Source: Bdellovibrionota bacterium (GTDB lineage: Bacteria > Bdellovibrionota_G > JALEGL01 > DATDPG01). From it: DNA of 64,000 nt. Every line of letters starts with the position of its first letter. Position 1 is the stretch's first letter. The notes below the pieces were generated by a model. It saw only the letters and a program-made list of their open reading frames with translations. It made no database searches and was not told where the DNA came from. Positions 38,988-48,712 of this stretch are shown piece by piece. A program made the translations under genes and the position numbers. The stretch lies in NCBI GenBank assembly GCA_963668355.1, contig OY764265.1:2368001-2432000 (forward strand). The letters are read 5' to 3'.

Positions 38988-40078
38988 GAAAAATCACTCC
39001 ATGCGAAGGGTTCATCTCGGAGTTTGTCGATCAGCAGCTTTTTCCCACATAAGGACATCAAATCGTAGGGTGGAATTCCGGTTCCAGGCCTTTTTATCGC
39101 GATGTCTTTCTCCGAAAGAATGTGACCGACGTTTAGGTCTTGGGCGGCGATTAGGCTCTTTCGGACCAATTTTCGAGTTTCACGTTCTTGTTCGGTCGGT
39201 TTTTTCTCAGAACTTCCCAACAAAAGATCACGTTGCTTGGAAGAGAGGGCAGATGTCGAACTCCCTTGGCTTCGAAGCGCTTGAACGGATGAAATATAGT
39301 CCTTAAGTTCCTTGGGTTCAGCAGAGGCCTTATGGTCAGGTCCGGGAAGGGTCTTATCCAACGTGAAGTGCTTTTCCAGGCAAACTGCTCCCAATTCCGT
39401 GGCCAACAACCCCGCCTCTTTTCCCAGCGTATGGTCCGAGTAACCTACGGGGAACTTAAATTTTTCGAACAAGGTTTGCATGGCTCGAAGATTCACATTT
39501 TCTGGCGGACAGGGGTATTCGCTCGTGCAGTGCAAGAGCATCAGGGATGTTTTGGAATCCGAAAAGGCAGAAATGGCTCGATCTACCTCCGAGAGGTCGC
39601 TCATTCCAGTGGATAGAATGACGGGCTGAGAAAGCGTCGACAGCTCTTTTAAGTAGGGAATATTCGTCAAATCACCACTTCCCACCTTAAAAGCCATGAC
39701 TCCAAGTTGAATGAGGAGTTGGGTTCCTTTCATTCCTGAGTGGGACGTGGAGAGAAAGAGAATGTTCTTTTCCTTTGCGAATGCAGCCAATTCCTCGTGT
39801 TGGTCGATGCTCAATTCATATTTTTTCAGGAGATCTTGTTGGTTTCCCTCAAATCCAGTGTTTTCCTTCTGATAGCCAGCCATCGGAGTCTTTGAGATCG
39901 TCACATCCTCGGCTTGAAAGGTCTGAAATTTCACGGCATCGGCACCCGCCCAGGCGGCGGCATCAATCATTTCCTTCGCTAAAACAAGGTCTTGGTTGTG
40001 GTTTACGCCAATTTCCGCAATACAGAACACCGGAGAACGGGGTGAGAACTCTTTATTGGCGATTTTAAATGTCGACAT
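38984..40078 (-). CDS. neuB: Nonulosonate synthase (NeuB/LegI) with SAF domain
   Basis: AEIGVNHN, KFQTF, KVGSGD, LHCTSEYP, GYSDHT, EKHFTLD, KRPGTGI. Confidence 0.94.
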   Translation of the reverse strand: MSTFKIANKEFSPRSPVFCIAEIGVNHNQDLVLAKEMIDAAAWAGADAVKFQTFQAEDVTISKTPMAGYQKENTGFEGNQQDLLKKYELSIDQHEELAAFAKEKNILFLSTSHSGMKGTQLLIQLGVMAFKVGSGDLTNIPYLKELSTLSQPVILSTGMSDLSEVDRAISAFSDSKTSLMLLHCTSEYPCPPENVNLRAMQTLFEKFKFPVGYSDHTLGKEAGLLATELGAVCLEKHFTLDKTLPGPDHKASAEPKELKDYISSVQALRSQGSSTSALSSKQRDLLLGSSEKKPTEQERETRKLVRKSLIAAQDLNVGHILSEKDIAIKRPGTGIPPYDLMSLCGKKLLIDKLRDEPFAWSDFS

Positions 40079-40164
40079 GATCCGAGGTGTGTTCCTATGT
40101 TATATGGAATTTTTCAAACTTCATCAGGATTTTGTAGAATCTGAGGATAAGGAAGTGAAAACGG

Positions 40165-40956
40165 ATGGCTCTAAAGATCTTGTATTTTGGTAGTGATAAA
40201 CCCAGTTCTGTGGAGGGGTTGCGTGTCCTGGTGGAGTTGGGCCATGTGGTTTTAGGCGTTGTGGGTCCTGATATTAAGAGACCCTCCCTAGGGTCTCAAA
40301 GTCTGTTTGAAATGGCTCGAAGAGTGGGAGTTCCCATGATCACCCCCCAGGAAGTCGATGAGTTAAACGTACGCAAGGACGTTGATCTCTTAATTTCTTT
40401 TCTCTACTCCCAAAAATTGGATGAAAGCCTACTTGCCATTCCTCGTTTGGGGGCAATTAATATTCACAATGCTCCACTTCCGGAGTTTCGGGGGGTAGGG
40501 GGGTATAACCATGCGATTCTTCAAGGTCTTGAAGAGTGGGGGGTTACAGCTCATTTTATGGACAAGAACCTGGACACCGGAGACATCATTCATGTTCGAA
40601 GGTTTCCCATTGATCCGGAAAAAGAGACAGCACTCTCCTTGGATCAGCTCTCTCAAGAGCCCATGTTGGAATGCCTAAGATTCGTGATGGAAAAACTTCA
40701 AAAAGGAGAATCTCTGGATCGACTGAAACAAGATCAAGGAACGTATTATTCCAAGAAAGATCTCGAGAGACATCGCAAGATTTTGCTAACGGATAGTCAA
40801 GAAACAGTTTTGAGGAAGATTCGAGCCTTTTGGTACCCTCCTTACTCAGGGGCCACAATTGAAATCAACGGTTTGGAAGTTTCTTTGGTTTCCGAATCGA
40901 TACTTAAAAGCCTTGGTTGTTTGATTCATGGATCAAGCGAAATAGGGGGAAAATAA
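40165..40956 (+). CDS. N10-formyl-THF-dependent formyltransferase (sugar N-formyltransferase)
   Basis: INIHNAPLPEFRG, GVTAHFMDKNLDTGDII, IRAFWYPPY. Confidence 0.82.
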   Translation: MALKILYFGSDKPSSVEGLRVLVELGHVVLGVVGPDIKRPSLGSQSLFEMARRVGVPMITPQEVDELNVRKDVDLLISFLYSQKLDESLLAIPRLGAINIHNAPLPEFRGVGGYNHAILQGLEEWGVTAHFMDKNLDTGDIIHVRRFPIDPEKETALSLDQLSQEPMLECLRFVMEKLQKGESLDRLKQDQGTYYSKKDLERHRKILLTDSQETVLRKIRAFWYPPYSGATIEINGLEVSLVSESILKSLGCLIHGSSEIGGK

Positions 40957-41727
40957 CTCGGGGTAGGTGCTCTCCGAAGTGTCTTTGAAAGCGGTTTTTA
41001 AATCGATTTCTCTTTGAAGAAAGTTTTTGGCCACTTCATCTGTGAAGTCTATATTTTTGGAATAGCGAATCTCTTTGCTTCGATCCTGACGAACCGTGTC
41101 GATACGGAAAATCTCTCCACTAGAAATTCGTTCAATGAGGGATTTATGTGCGACAGAAACGGCCTTCATTGTAAATTGAAAAGAGGTCTCATTCTTAAAG
41201 AGAGGAAGACAGTGATAAAGGATAGGGCCACTGTCCAGACCTTTCCCAAGTCGATGAATGGTGGCCCCAACATACTTCGGATTGTTGTCGTAAAGGGCCC
41301 AAAAATTACAGGAAGAACCTCTGTAATAAGGGGAAAGGCCCATATGAATATTGATTGCTTTGTGGTCAATTAAAAAGTCCACCAACCAACCCTTGATATA
41401 GCTGGCACCGAAAACCACATAAATGTCTGAAGTTAGCGCATCTTGAAGAGTGTCTTGTGAAATGTGACTGATGTCACCCGCCTTCATAGAAAGACAACGG
41501 ACCTTTGGATTCGAAAAGGCAATTTCTCCGAACCAATGCTGCTCAGCTTCCATTACGTTGGAAAAATAGGTCTGCATGACTGAACTCTTTTGAAAAAAAT
41601 CAGCAATTTTTCCTGGAAAGACTGTGGAGCATTCTTGAATACAAAAAACTTCTTCGCAAACACTTGAAAGTTTGCGAGCCAAGGCTAGGTGTCTGGGTTG
41701 ATTGCTCGTAAACAACGTCGCCTTCAC
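40933..41727 (-). CDS. Formyltransferase-family protein (second, divergent)
   Basis: INIHMGLSPYYRGS, GATIHRLGKGLDSGPIL. Confidence 0.75.
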   Translation of the reverse strand: MKATLFTSNQPRHLALARKLSSVCEEVFCIQECSTVFPGKIADFFQKSSVMQTYFSNVMEAEQHWFGEIAFSNPKVRCLSMKAGDISHISQDTLQDALTSDIYVVFGASYIKGWLVDFLIDHKAINIHMGLSPYYRGSSCNFWALYDNNPKYVGATIHRLGKGLDSGPILYHCLPLFKNETSFQFTMKAVSVAHKSLIERISSGEIFRIDTVRQDRSKEIRYSKNIDFTDEVAKNFLQREIDLKTAFKDTSESTYPELFSPYFA

Positions 41728-42680
41728 GAATCAATCATCCTTTTTAAAATATTTGCGTGGTCTTCACGTGGAATTTCGAGAAGAGAGGGGGAGGAAGGAT
41801 TGTTCATGTTGGAGCGAAATCCAATTTTAATTCCTAAGTTTCTCAGAATTTCTAAGGTCTCAGGCGTATATTGCCCACATGGATGTGCCATCGTTTTTAT
41901 TGGCGCTCCAATTATCTCAGAAAGATGTCTAAAATTGATTTCGTATTCTTCATGTTGCCTTTCGATGGGAAGGGTATGCATTGTGGTGGGATGTCGATGA
42001 GAGTGGAGACCAATGATATGACCCGATTCATGAAGACTTTTGATGTTTGAAACGTTCATCCAAAGTTTATTTTTTATTTTTTCTTTGTTGAAATTAAACT
42101 TCCTCATCAATTTGTTCATTAATTCAGTGTATGAATCTTCTTTCAAAACCACATCTCGCAAGTAACGAAACCAACGATCATTTTGGGTGTAAAAGGGAAA
42201 TTCTTCGAGATGCTTCGAGTGAATAAAATCCGATTGAGCCTTTTGAAATTTGACTCCTAAAAAAGTTTCACATTGTGAAAAAAAATGATGATAAAAGGCA
42301 TCGATATTGTCAAAGGTCGTCGTTCGAAAAAATCGAAAGATTTCCAAAGAGTTGAGTTCTCCGAGGATCGGAGCAGAGTAAATAAAGAAAAAGGCCGACA
42401 CCTTTCTTTTTTCTAGGATAGGAAGAGCCACTTCGAATTGACAAAGAAGACCGTCGTCAAATGAAAGACAAATCTCGTTCGATTTTAGGCTGCTTGTTAA
42501 AGCTTTATTTTGGAAGTCCTCTGCATTTAGAAGAACAAAATGTTTGTCTAACCAATCCAGGATGTTTTCAAACTGTTTTTCAGTTATGGCTCCTTGGCCA
42601 GCGGGGTGTTCATGGTTCGTAAAATGATGGAACATCACCGAAAAAGGACCAGTTTCAGAAAACACCTGAGAACTCATCAT
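41724..42680 (-). CDS. Polysaccharide deacetylase (CE4/NodB fold)
   Basis: LSFDDG, IGLHSHRH, MAHPCG, IPRED. Confidence 0.85.
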   Translation of the reverse strand: MMSSQVFSETGPFSVMFHHFTNHEHPAGQGAITEKQFENILDWLDKHFVLLNAEDFQNKALTSSLKSNEICLSFDDGLLCQFEVALPILEKRKVSAFFFIYSAPILGELNSLEIFRFFRTTTFDNIDAFYHHFFSQCETFLGVKFQKAQSDFIHSKHLEEFPFYTQNDRWFRYLRDVVLKEDSYTELMNKLMRKFNFNKEKIKNKLWMNVSNIKSLHESGHIIGLHSHRHPTTMHTLPIERQHEEYEINFRHLSEIIGAPIKTMAHPCGQYTPETLEILRNLGIKIGFRSNMNNPSSPSLLEIPREDHANILKRMIDS

Positions 42681-42690
42681 AAGGTCTCAA

Positions 42691-43737
42691 TCAGTTTTTG
42701 GCGGATCGCATGCAAAGACCACATTCGTTGCAGGCCTTCATGTTTCGATACTCTCCATTAATGTGCATTTGCCGAAGGTTCATGAGGTTTTTTCCCAACC
42801 AGATGTCCTCTAATGAGGTTTTCATTAGGTCGCCAACAGCATGATAGTCATAGGTATCACCACAACATGGGTGAGCCAGCATTTTTCCATCTTTAAGGGC
42901 TCGAATGAACAACCGTTGATACAGTTGAGCGCAGACAAAATCAGGGATGAACTCTTTCTTTTCATAGATGAAGTTAGATTGTTCCTCCCCATCATCTTTT
43001 TGTTTGTAATCAATTCTTGTGATGGAGTCACAAAAGGGGCTCCAAAAATTAACATAATCTTCCCAGCTGGGGATGGTTTCTTTGGTCTTTAACGCATTTA
43101 CCCTAATGAAAGGCTTCTTTCCGGTTTTATTTCTGAATTCCCAAAAGGTCTTTACGTTTTCAAAAACCTGGTCGAAGGAAGCACCAACGCGAACTTTTTC
43201 AAAAACTTCTTTAATATGACTGTCTAAACTAAAGATGATTACATCGAGTCCTGCCTCAAGTAATTCTTCCTGGACTCTTCGTGAAAGGTTTGTGGCGTTT
43301 GTGTTGATCATTGTATCGACCACACCGTGGTCTTTGGCCATCTTGATCATCTTGGGGAGTTGACGATTCATGAGGGGCTCCCCAAGGTAATTGTACTTGA
43401 TGGATCTCAGACCATTTGGAACGGCCTCTTTGAGTAGTCTTTCGTACACATCCATGGGAAACATTTGATTTTCGATTTTTCCTTGATTGGCCTCGATGAT
43501 GGTTCGGGCGCAGTAAGGGCAGGCCAGGTTGCAGTAGGTCGTGGCTTCAATATCCAGATGGATGGGAGATTTTTGCAAGTAAAGATGCTTGGGGAATTCT
43601 TTCCAATCCTTGCGATACTGCAAAAAGGCTTCTCGCTCGGGACCTTCTTGATAGGTTGCCGCTCGAAGCTCCTCGACGGGATCCCTCTCTTCGTAGGTGG
43701 GATCGATTTCCATGTTCACATGAATGTTTGGATTCAT
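42691..43737 (-). CDS. Radical SAM protein with Twitch/SPASM-type domain
   Basis: CNLACPYC, LGEPL, NTNAT; C-terminal CAQL...PCC...C.ECGLC. Confidence 0.9.
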   Translation of the reverse strand: MNPNIHVNMEIDPTYEERDPVEELRAATYQEGPEREAFLQYRKDWKEFPKHLYLQKSPIHLDIEATTYCNLACPYCARTIIEANQGKIENQMFPMDVYERLLKEAVPNGLRSIKYNYLGEPLMNRQLPKMIKMAKDHGVVDTMINTNATNLSRRVQEELLEAGLDVIIFSLDSHIKEVFEKVRVGASFDQVFENVKTFWEFRNKTGKKPFIRVNALKTKETIPSWEDYVNFWSPFCDSITRIDYKQKDDGEEQSNFIYEKKEFIPDFVCAQLYQRLFIRALKDGKMLAHPCCGDTYDYHAVGDLMKTSLEDIWLGKNLMNLRQMHINGEYRNMKACNECGLCMRSAKN

Positions 43738-43772
43738 AGTTCTCCCTGAAATGACGTAGTTTTGCGGCGCAT

Positions 43773-43801
43773 AAGATACTTGCTCAATGGTGGTTTGGCA
43801 A
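43773..43801 (-). promoter_or_regulatory. Putative sigma70 promoter of the rSAM-deacetylase-formyltransferase unit
   Basis: Minus strand TTGCCA-N17-TATCTT; SD GGGAG before ATG 43737. Confidence 0.5.
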
Positions 43802-43888
43802 TATGGGGGGTAGGAAAGAGGGCTTCTTCTCAGGAGAAAGGGGATATGCTAGCATTTAATGTCTTAACGAAAGATTTACGTTCCTTAC

Positions 43889-45352
43889 ATGAAAAGAAAA
43901 AAAATCATCATCGCAAATTCCACGGGTCGGCTTGAAAACGGCCGAAAAGTCATTCATTTTCCCTCTCGCTGGACCTATAGCGTTACGGATCGATGGAAAT
44001 TCAATTATTATCCTTACCAACTGGCCTATCTCTCTTCGATGCTAAAGCGCGACACGGATCATGACGTGAAAATGATGGATGCGTGTCTTGAAGACTGGAC
44101 TGCCGATCGATACATCGAGGAGATTTCCAGAGAAGAGCCCGACTATATTGTTTTTGATACGGCGACGCTCGTATATGGCCAAGATTTGAAGGTTGCCAAA
44201 GCCTTGAAAAAACGATTCGGAACGAAGAGTATTTTTGCAGGGCAACATCCTACGGCTTTTCCAAAAGAGGTTTTAAATGACGGTGCGGATATGGTCTGCA
44301 TTGGAGAGTTCGAGGAAACGCTTGTTGAGTTTTTTCAAGGAAAGGACCCATCAACGTTGTTGGGTGTGTACCCCAACGGTTATCGAAAGCCTTTGGATGT
44401 GAACACGCTTCCATTTCCGGAAGATGATGATGTATCTCGGATTCGTTATTCTGTACCTCACAAAGAGTGTCAGGAATACGTTGAAATAGAAGCCTTTGGA
44501 TCGAGAGGTTGTCCGTATACGTGTAATTTCTGCGTGTGCGGAAATATCACTTATTCCAAGCCAAATTGGCGATGTCGAAACGTTGAAAACGTGGTCGAGG
44601 AAATCAAGATCATGAAAGCCAAATATCCGCAAATGGAAGGCTTCTTTTTTGACGAAGAGATGCACAATGCGAATAAGCGGTGGCTCCAATCACTCTGTCG
44701 GGCGATGATAGAAAATGGGCTCCACAACATGAAACATGAAGCCATGTCTGGTTTCTGGGGTTTTGATTACGAAACCTTGGCGTTGATGCGAGAGGCCGGA
44801 TATTACAAAATTCGCGTGGGCGTTGAATCCACTGAGCCCGAAGCTTTAAAGAGCATGAATAAACCCTTGGATGTCAAAAAGGTGCATCAGGTTCTGAAGT
44901 GGTGCAAGGAAGTAGGAATGCGCGTCTATGGAACCTTCACCTTGGGGGCATGGGGCTCAACGAAAGAAATGGATATGAGTACGCTACATGCGTTGAGGAA
45001 TTTTTTGGACCAAGATTTACTTTGGGATTTTCAGGTTTCCATCAATACGCCTCAACCCGGTACGCCTTTTTACAAACTGGTCAAAGATGCGGGCTATTTG
45101 ATTTCAGATAATCCGGAAGATTTTGATGGAGACCAGAAGGTCATTGTAAATTATCCAAACTATCGAAAAGAAGACATCGAGGGAATGAGCGTTGTCGCAT
45201 CCAAGTTGGCAGAGCAAACATATGCCACCCGTCGAATTCGAGATCATGGTGCATTGAAAGTCTTCGTTGAGTCTCTTCGTCGACGTGGGGCCACTCAGAC
45301 AGCGTTGGCGGGCTTTCGATTTTTAAAGCGCAAGATTAGTCCACCGCTGTAG
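43889..45352 (+). CDS. Radical SAM protein with B12-binding-type N-domain (class B type)
   Basis: AGQHPT, IGEFE, SRGCPYTCNFC, GVES, PQPGTP. Confidence 0.9.
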   Translation: MKRKKIIIANSTGRLENGRKVIHFPSRWTYSVTDRWKFNYYPYQLAYLSSMLKRDTDHDVKMMDACLEDWTADRYIEEISREEPDYIVFDTATLVYGQDLKVAKALKKRFGTKSIFAGQHPTAFPKEVLNDGADMVCIGEFEETLVEFFQGKDPSTLLGVYPNGYRKPLDVNTLPFPEDDDVSRIRYSVPHKECQEYVEIEAFGSRGCPYTCNFCVCGNITYSKPNWRCRNVENVVEEIKIMKAKYPQMEGFFFDEEMHNANKRWLQSLCRAMIENGLHNMKHEAMSGFWGFDYETLALMREAGYYKIRVGVESTEPEALKSMNKPLDVKKVHQVLKWCKEVGMRVYGTFTLGAWGSTKEMDMSTLHALRNFLDQDLLWDFQVSINTPQPGTPFYKLVKDAGYLISDNPEDFDGDQKVIVNYPNYRKEDIEGMSVVASKLAEQTYATRRIRDHGALKVFVESLRRRGATQTALAGFRFLKRKISPPL

Positions 45353-46295
45353 ACGATCTTGGAGCGTTTCTACGCCATTCATCTAAAAATCCGCGGTTGT
45401 ATTCTTCTTTTGCCCGGAAAAGTACGTAGTAAAGGGATTCCGGGTTGAACGCCATGCATCTTCGCATCATTTTGGCTCTCCAAAAAGCAAGTATGTGAAG
45501 CGTTTGTTTCCCCATTTCTCGAGTCGCATTTGGTTGCTCAAGGGCTCGATATACCTTTACGTCTGCAACTCCCTGGTAGTAAGCCTTCTTCAAAAAATAG
45601 GGAACGGTGGTCCTTTCCGCTGCGATCCAATGGTGAACGGGAGCCTTGGGGGTGTACCAAACCTCTCCTCCCATTCGATATAGCAGGTAAGTTAGGTGCA
45701 TATCATCGTTAGGAATGAGTGCCTGCGTCGAAGCGTCATAACTGATGTCTGGATCGAAACCGCCGAGTTTCTCGATGATTGACTTTCGCCAGAGCATATT
45801 CGCTCCATAGGGGAACTTCGGATACTGCAATCGAAACTCCTTTGCTCCCAAATCCAAACCCGTATACCAATTTTCTTCATTTTCCCTGAGCCACGAAGGC
45901 CGGTGCGTTTCCCACTCTAAAATTACCGGTCCTCCCGCAGCATCGCAGTTAGGATGATTCGTTAAAAGTTCGGCGTATCCATCTAGCCAGGTTGGTGATG
46001 GCTTTGCGTCATCATCCAAATAAATGACGAAATCCCCCTTCGCAATTTCCATCGCCTTGTTTCGACTTTTGGTTAAGCCGATTTCAGGTTGAGATATGAA
46101 TTTCACCTGTCCTTGAGTCTTCTCTGCCCAGTTTTCAGTGATTTCCTGCGTATTGTCTTTGGATAAATTGTCCAAAACCAACACCTCGAACTGATCTTTG
46201 GCATAAGTTTGTTGGAAGAGTCCTTCTAAAGCCCGGTGGACCAATTGGGCTCGGTTGCATGTGCAAATCGCGATGGAAAAGCGCGGTGAGGTCAT
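45336..46295 (-). CDS. Glycosyltransferase family 2
   Basis: SIAICTCNR, VLDNLSKD, YLDDD, GANM. Confidence 0.9.
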   Translation of the reverse strand: MTSPRFSIAICTCNRAQLVHRALEGLFQQTYAKDQFEVLVLDNLSKDNTQEITENWAEKTQGQVKFISQPEIGLTKSRNKAMEIAKGDFVIYLDDDAKPSPTWLDGYAELLTNHPNCDAAGGPVILEWETHRPSWLRENEENWYTGLDLGAKEFRLQYPKFPYGANMLWRKSIIEKLGGFDPDISYDASTQALIPNDDMHLTYLLYRMGGEVWYTPKAPVHHWIAAERTTVPYFLKKAYYQGVADVKVYRALEQPNATREMGKQTLHILAFWRAKMMRRCMAFNPESLYYVLFRAKEEYNRGFLDEWRRNAPRSSTAVD

Positions 46296-47263
46296 AGAAG
46301 CTGATTCCTTTTCATCCATTCGACGGTTGTTGAAAGAGTTTCGTTGAAAGAAACGGGGCTGTATCCCAATTCCCGCTTAGCCTTTTCAGATGAGTAAAAA
46401 TGATGAACGGTTGCAGACTTGGCCCAGGATTTTAAGTACCGAGGAGGGGTTTTTCGGAAGAAGGATTCCCATTTGGCAAGGGTTGCATATAGAGACAATC
46501 CGCAAGCTGGAAGAGGGAAACGAGGGTAAAGTCCCCCAACTTCTTTGGCAATCATTTGATAAGCCATTTGGTTGGTCAGGTTTTCTCCCCCGAGAATATA
46601 GCGTTCACCGCTTCGACCTTGGGTAAGCGCCAAAATCATTCCGTCAACGACATTGTCAATTCCGACAAAACAAGCTCCTCCAGGTGGGTAAAACGGTACC
46701 TTGCGGCGGGCGAGTTTTTGAATGAGGTGCATCGCCGGGGAATGATCATCTCCCTGGCCAAAAACAAACGCTGGATTGACGACGATGACATTTGTTTTGG
46801 CGTTGGCTGCGTTCAAGGCAATTTGTTCACCTTCAAATTTCGAACGGTGATAGTGAAAAACCTTGGAATTCCATTCGAAAGGCGCCGTTTCATCTAGGGG
46901 ATTCTTGGTTTTGTTGGGACCGATGGTTGCCACGGAGCTTACGACAAGTACTTTTGGCGTCTGAGCTTCCTGGGCACATTCTAAAACATTCTCGGTTCCG
47001 CGAACGTTGATATCAAAAAGTTCTTCGGATTGATTGGAGCGAAAGGAAACCAGTCCGGCAACATGGAAGAGACCATCAAACGCTTGGCTAAATACGGGTT
47101 TTAAACTTTCAAGATCTCGAACATCGCCTTGATGCCAAGTGATGTGCGGGGATGGTGAGGGGAGGGAACGGGAAAGGGCTGTGACTTCATGTCCCTGTTT
47201 GACGAGGGCTCGAATCAAAGACTGCCCAATGAATCCGGTCCCACCTGTCACAAGATATTTCAT
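46292..47263 (-). CDS. NAD-dependent epimerase/dehydratase/reductase (HpnA/dihydroflavonol-reductase-like SDR)
   Basis: TGGTGFIG, HVAG, NVRGT, YHRSK, GRSGERYILGGEN, SSEKAKRELGY. Confidence 0.88.
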   Translation of the reverse strand: MKYLVTGGTGFIGQSLIRALVKQGHEVTALSRSLPSPSPHITWHQGDVRDLESLKPVFSQAFDGLFHVAGLVSFRSNQSEELFDINVRGTENVLECAQEAQTPKVLVVSSVATIGPNKTKNPLDETAPFEWNSKVFHYHRSKFEGEQIALNAANAKTNVIVVNPAFVFGQGDDHSPAMHLIQKLARRKVPFYPPGGACFVGIDNVVDGMILALTQGRSGERYILGGENLTNQMAYQMIAKEVGGLYPRFPLPACGLSLYATLAKWESFFRKTPPRYLKSWAKSATVHHFYSSEKAKRELGYSPVSFNETLSTTVEWMKRNQLL

Positions 47264-48667
47264 TTAGGATCTCTTAAGGTAGAAATTCATGAAGCCATTG
47301 GCCCGACGGACAAATTCCAAAGGGTTCTTGAGGCTTCGAAGGATGTTTTTGGGGCGTAAGACGATTTCACGTAGGCCCTCTCGAACCAATTGACCCAATT
47401 CATCCTGGCTTAAGTACCGCGTTTTCGTAATCGGAATCAACGAAGAATAATCCGACCACTCGGTAGATTTAATGAGATGCTCATTCTTGGCAATGGTGGC
47501 CAATGTGGTTCCGGGAAAAGGAACGGCAAAACCCAACTGAACGGTTTCGGCGTCGAGTTCTTTTCCAAATTGGATGGAAGCCAAGATTCCCTCGCGGGAG
47601 TCCTCAGGAAAGCCGAACACAAACATGGCGTTGGCTTTGATATGCAATTCTCGACACCACCGAAAGACATCTCGGACGTGATCCAAGCTTCGGCGTTTCG
47701 CCAGAAGATTCATTTCATCGGAGGAAGTTTCATCCGTAGACTCAACACCTAAGTTCATTCCATTGCATCCGGCTTTGGCCATCAACTTGAGAAGGTCGTG
47801 GGTGAGATGTTGGGTCGAGGTTTCCGCACGCCATTTGAGCGGAAGAGGCTTCTTTAAGAGCAACTCACACAGATCTTCAATGCGTTTCTTTTTTGCCGTA
47901 AAGAGAAGATCCCTGAACAAAATGAATCGTACGCCCAAATGGAGCGAAAGATATTCCATCTCCGCATATATTCGTTCGGGCGTCATGGAGAGAAAGCGTT
48001 GCCCCTCAGCCAAAACATACGGACAATACGCACAATCGTAGAGACAGCCCAACGAAGTTCTCATCGTGGCAAAGGGTTGGGGTTCTCTTAAATCAAAACG
48101 ATAGCGTTTCAGAGGGGTTAACTCCCAACATCCGAAAGGCAGATCATTCATGTCGAAATTGGGTGCAATGGGAGGAGGGGAAACAATCTGGTCTGGCAGC
48201 ATCAGCTCTTGAATATTTGTCAGGTCAGATTGGGTGAGCAATTTCTTCAAGGTCGTGTCTGTGTGCCCAACCAAAATTCCGTCGGCGCCACTTCTTTCAA
48301 AAGCCTCGGTGGGTACATGGGCCGGTTGAGGTCCGAAGAGGAAAACCTTTTTGTTCTGATACGTGTCTTTGACCCAACGAGCCATGTCACAGTCCATGAG
48401 GAATGTGGGGGTCGCTGTAAGAACAATGGCCAAATCAAACGCGGAAATCTCTGAGATCCGGGCTTGGGTCTGATCAAAATTTAAATTTTCGGCCGATGCG
48501 TCTAAAAAATGTACCTGTTTTGGGTCAATGGTGCCCCCCATTTGAACCAAGTGATGTGGGGGAAGCACAACTCCAGGCCGGGGATTCATGATCCCATAAT
48601 TTCCCATATAGTCCCGGTTCGATTGAAGGTGAGGGGGACTGGGTGGATTTAGAAGGAGAACCGACAT
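47264..48667 (-). CDS. Radical SAM protein with B12-binding-type N-domain (class B type)
   Basis: LLNPP, SLGCLYDCAYC, FRDLLF, GVES, PFPGT. Confidence 0.88.
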   Translation of the reverse strand: MSVLLLNPPSPPHLQSNRDYMGNYGIMNPRPGVVLPPHHLVQMGGTIDPKQVHFLDASAENLNFDQTQARISEISAFDLAIVLTATPTFLMDCDMARWVKDTYQNKKVFLFGPQPAHVPTEAFERSGADGILVGHTDTTLKKLLTQSDLTNIQELMLPDQIVSPPPIAPNFDMNDLPFGCWELTPLKRYRFDLREPQPFATMRTSLGCLYDCAYCPYVLAEGQRFLSMTPERIYAEMEYLSLHLGVRFILFRDLLFTAKKKRIEDLCELLLKKPLPLKWRAETSTQHLTHDLLKLMAKAGCNGMNLGVESTDETSSDEMNLLAKRRSLDHVRDVFRWCRELHIKANAMFVFGFPEDSREGILASIQFGKELDAETVQLGFAVPFPGTTLATIAKNEHLIKSTEWSDYSSLIPITKTRYLSQDELGQLVREGLREIVLRPKNILRSLKNPLEFVRRANGFMNFYLKRS

Positions 48668-48712
48668 CTCTTTTTTGCTGTGCTACTATACGTGATTCTC
48701 GAACGCTTGAGT

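Noticed and set aside
40165..40956. Methionyl-tRNA formyltransferase (fmt) or PurN
   Set aside because: It is too short for Fmt, lacks its C-terminal domain and GTP..A N-terminal motif, and lies in a sugar-pathway context.
45336..48667. Hopanoid biosynthesis cluster
   Set aside because: HpnA- and HpnJ-like families are present but no squalene synthase, shc, hpnH or hpnG is in the window; this cannot be excluded genome-wide.
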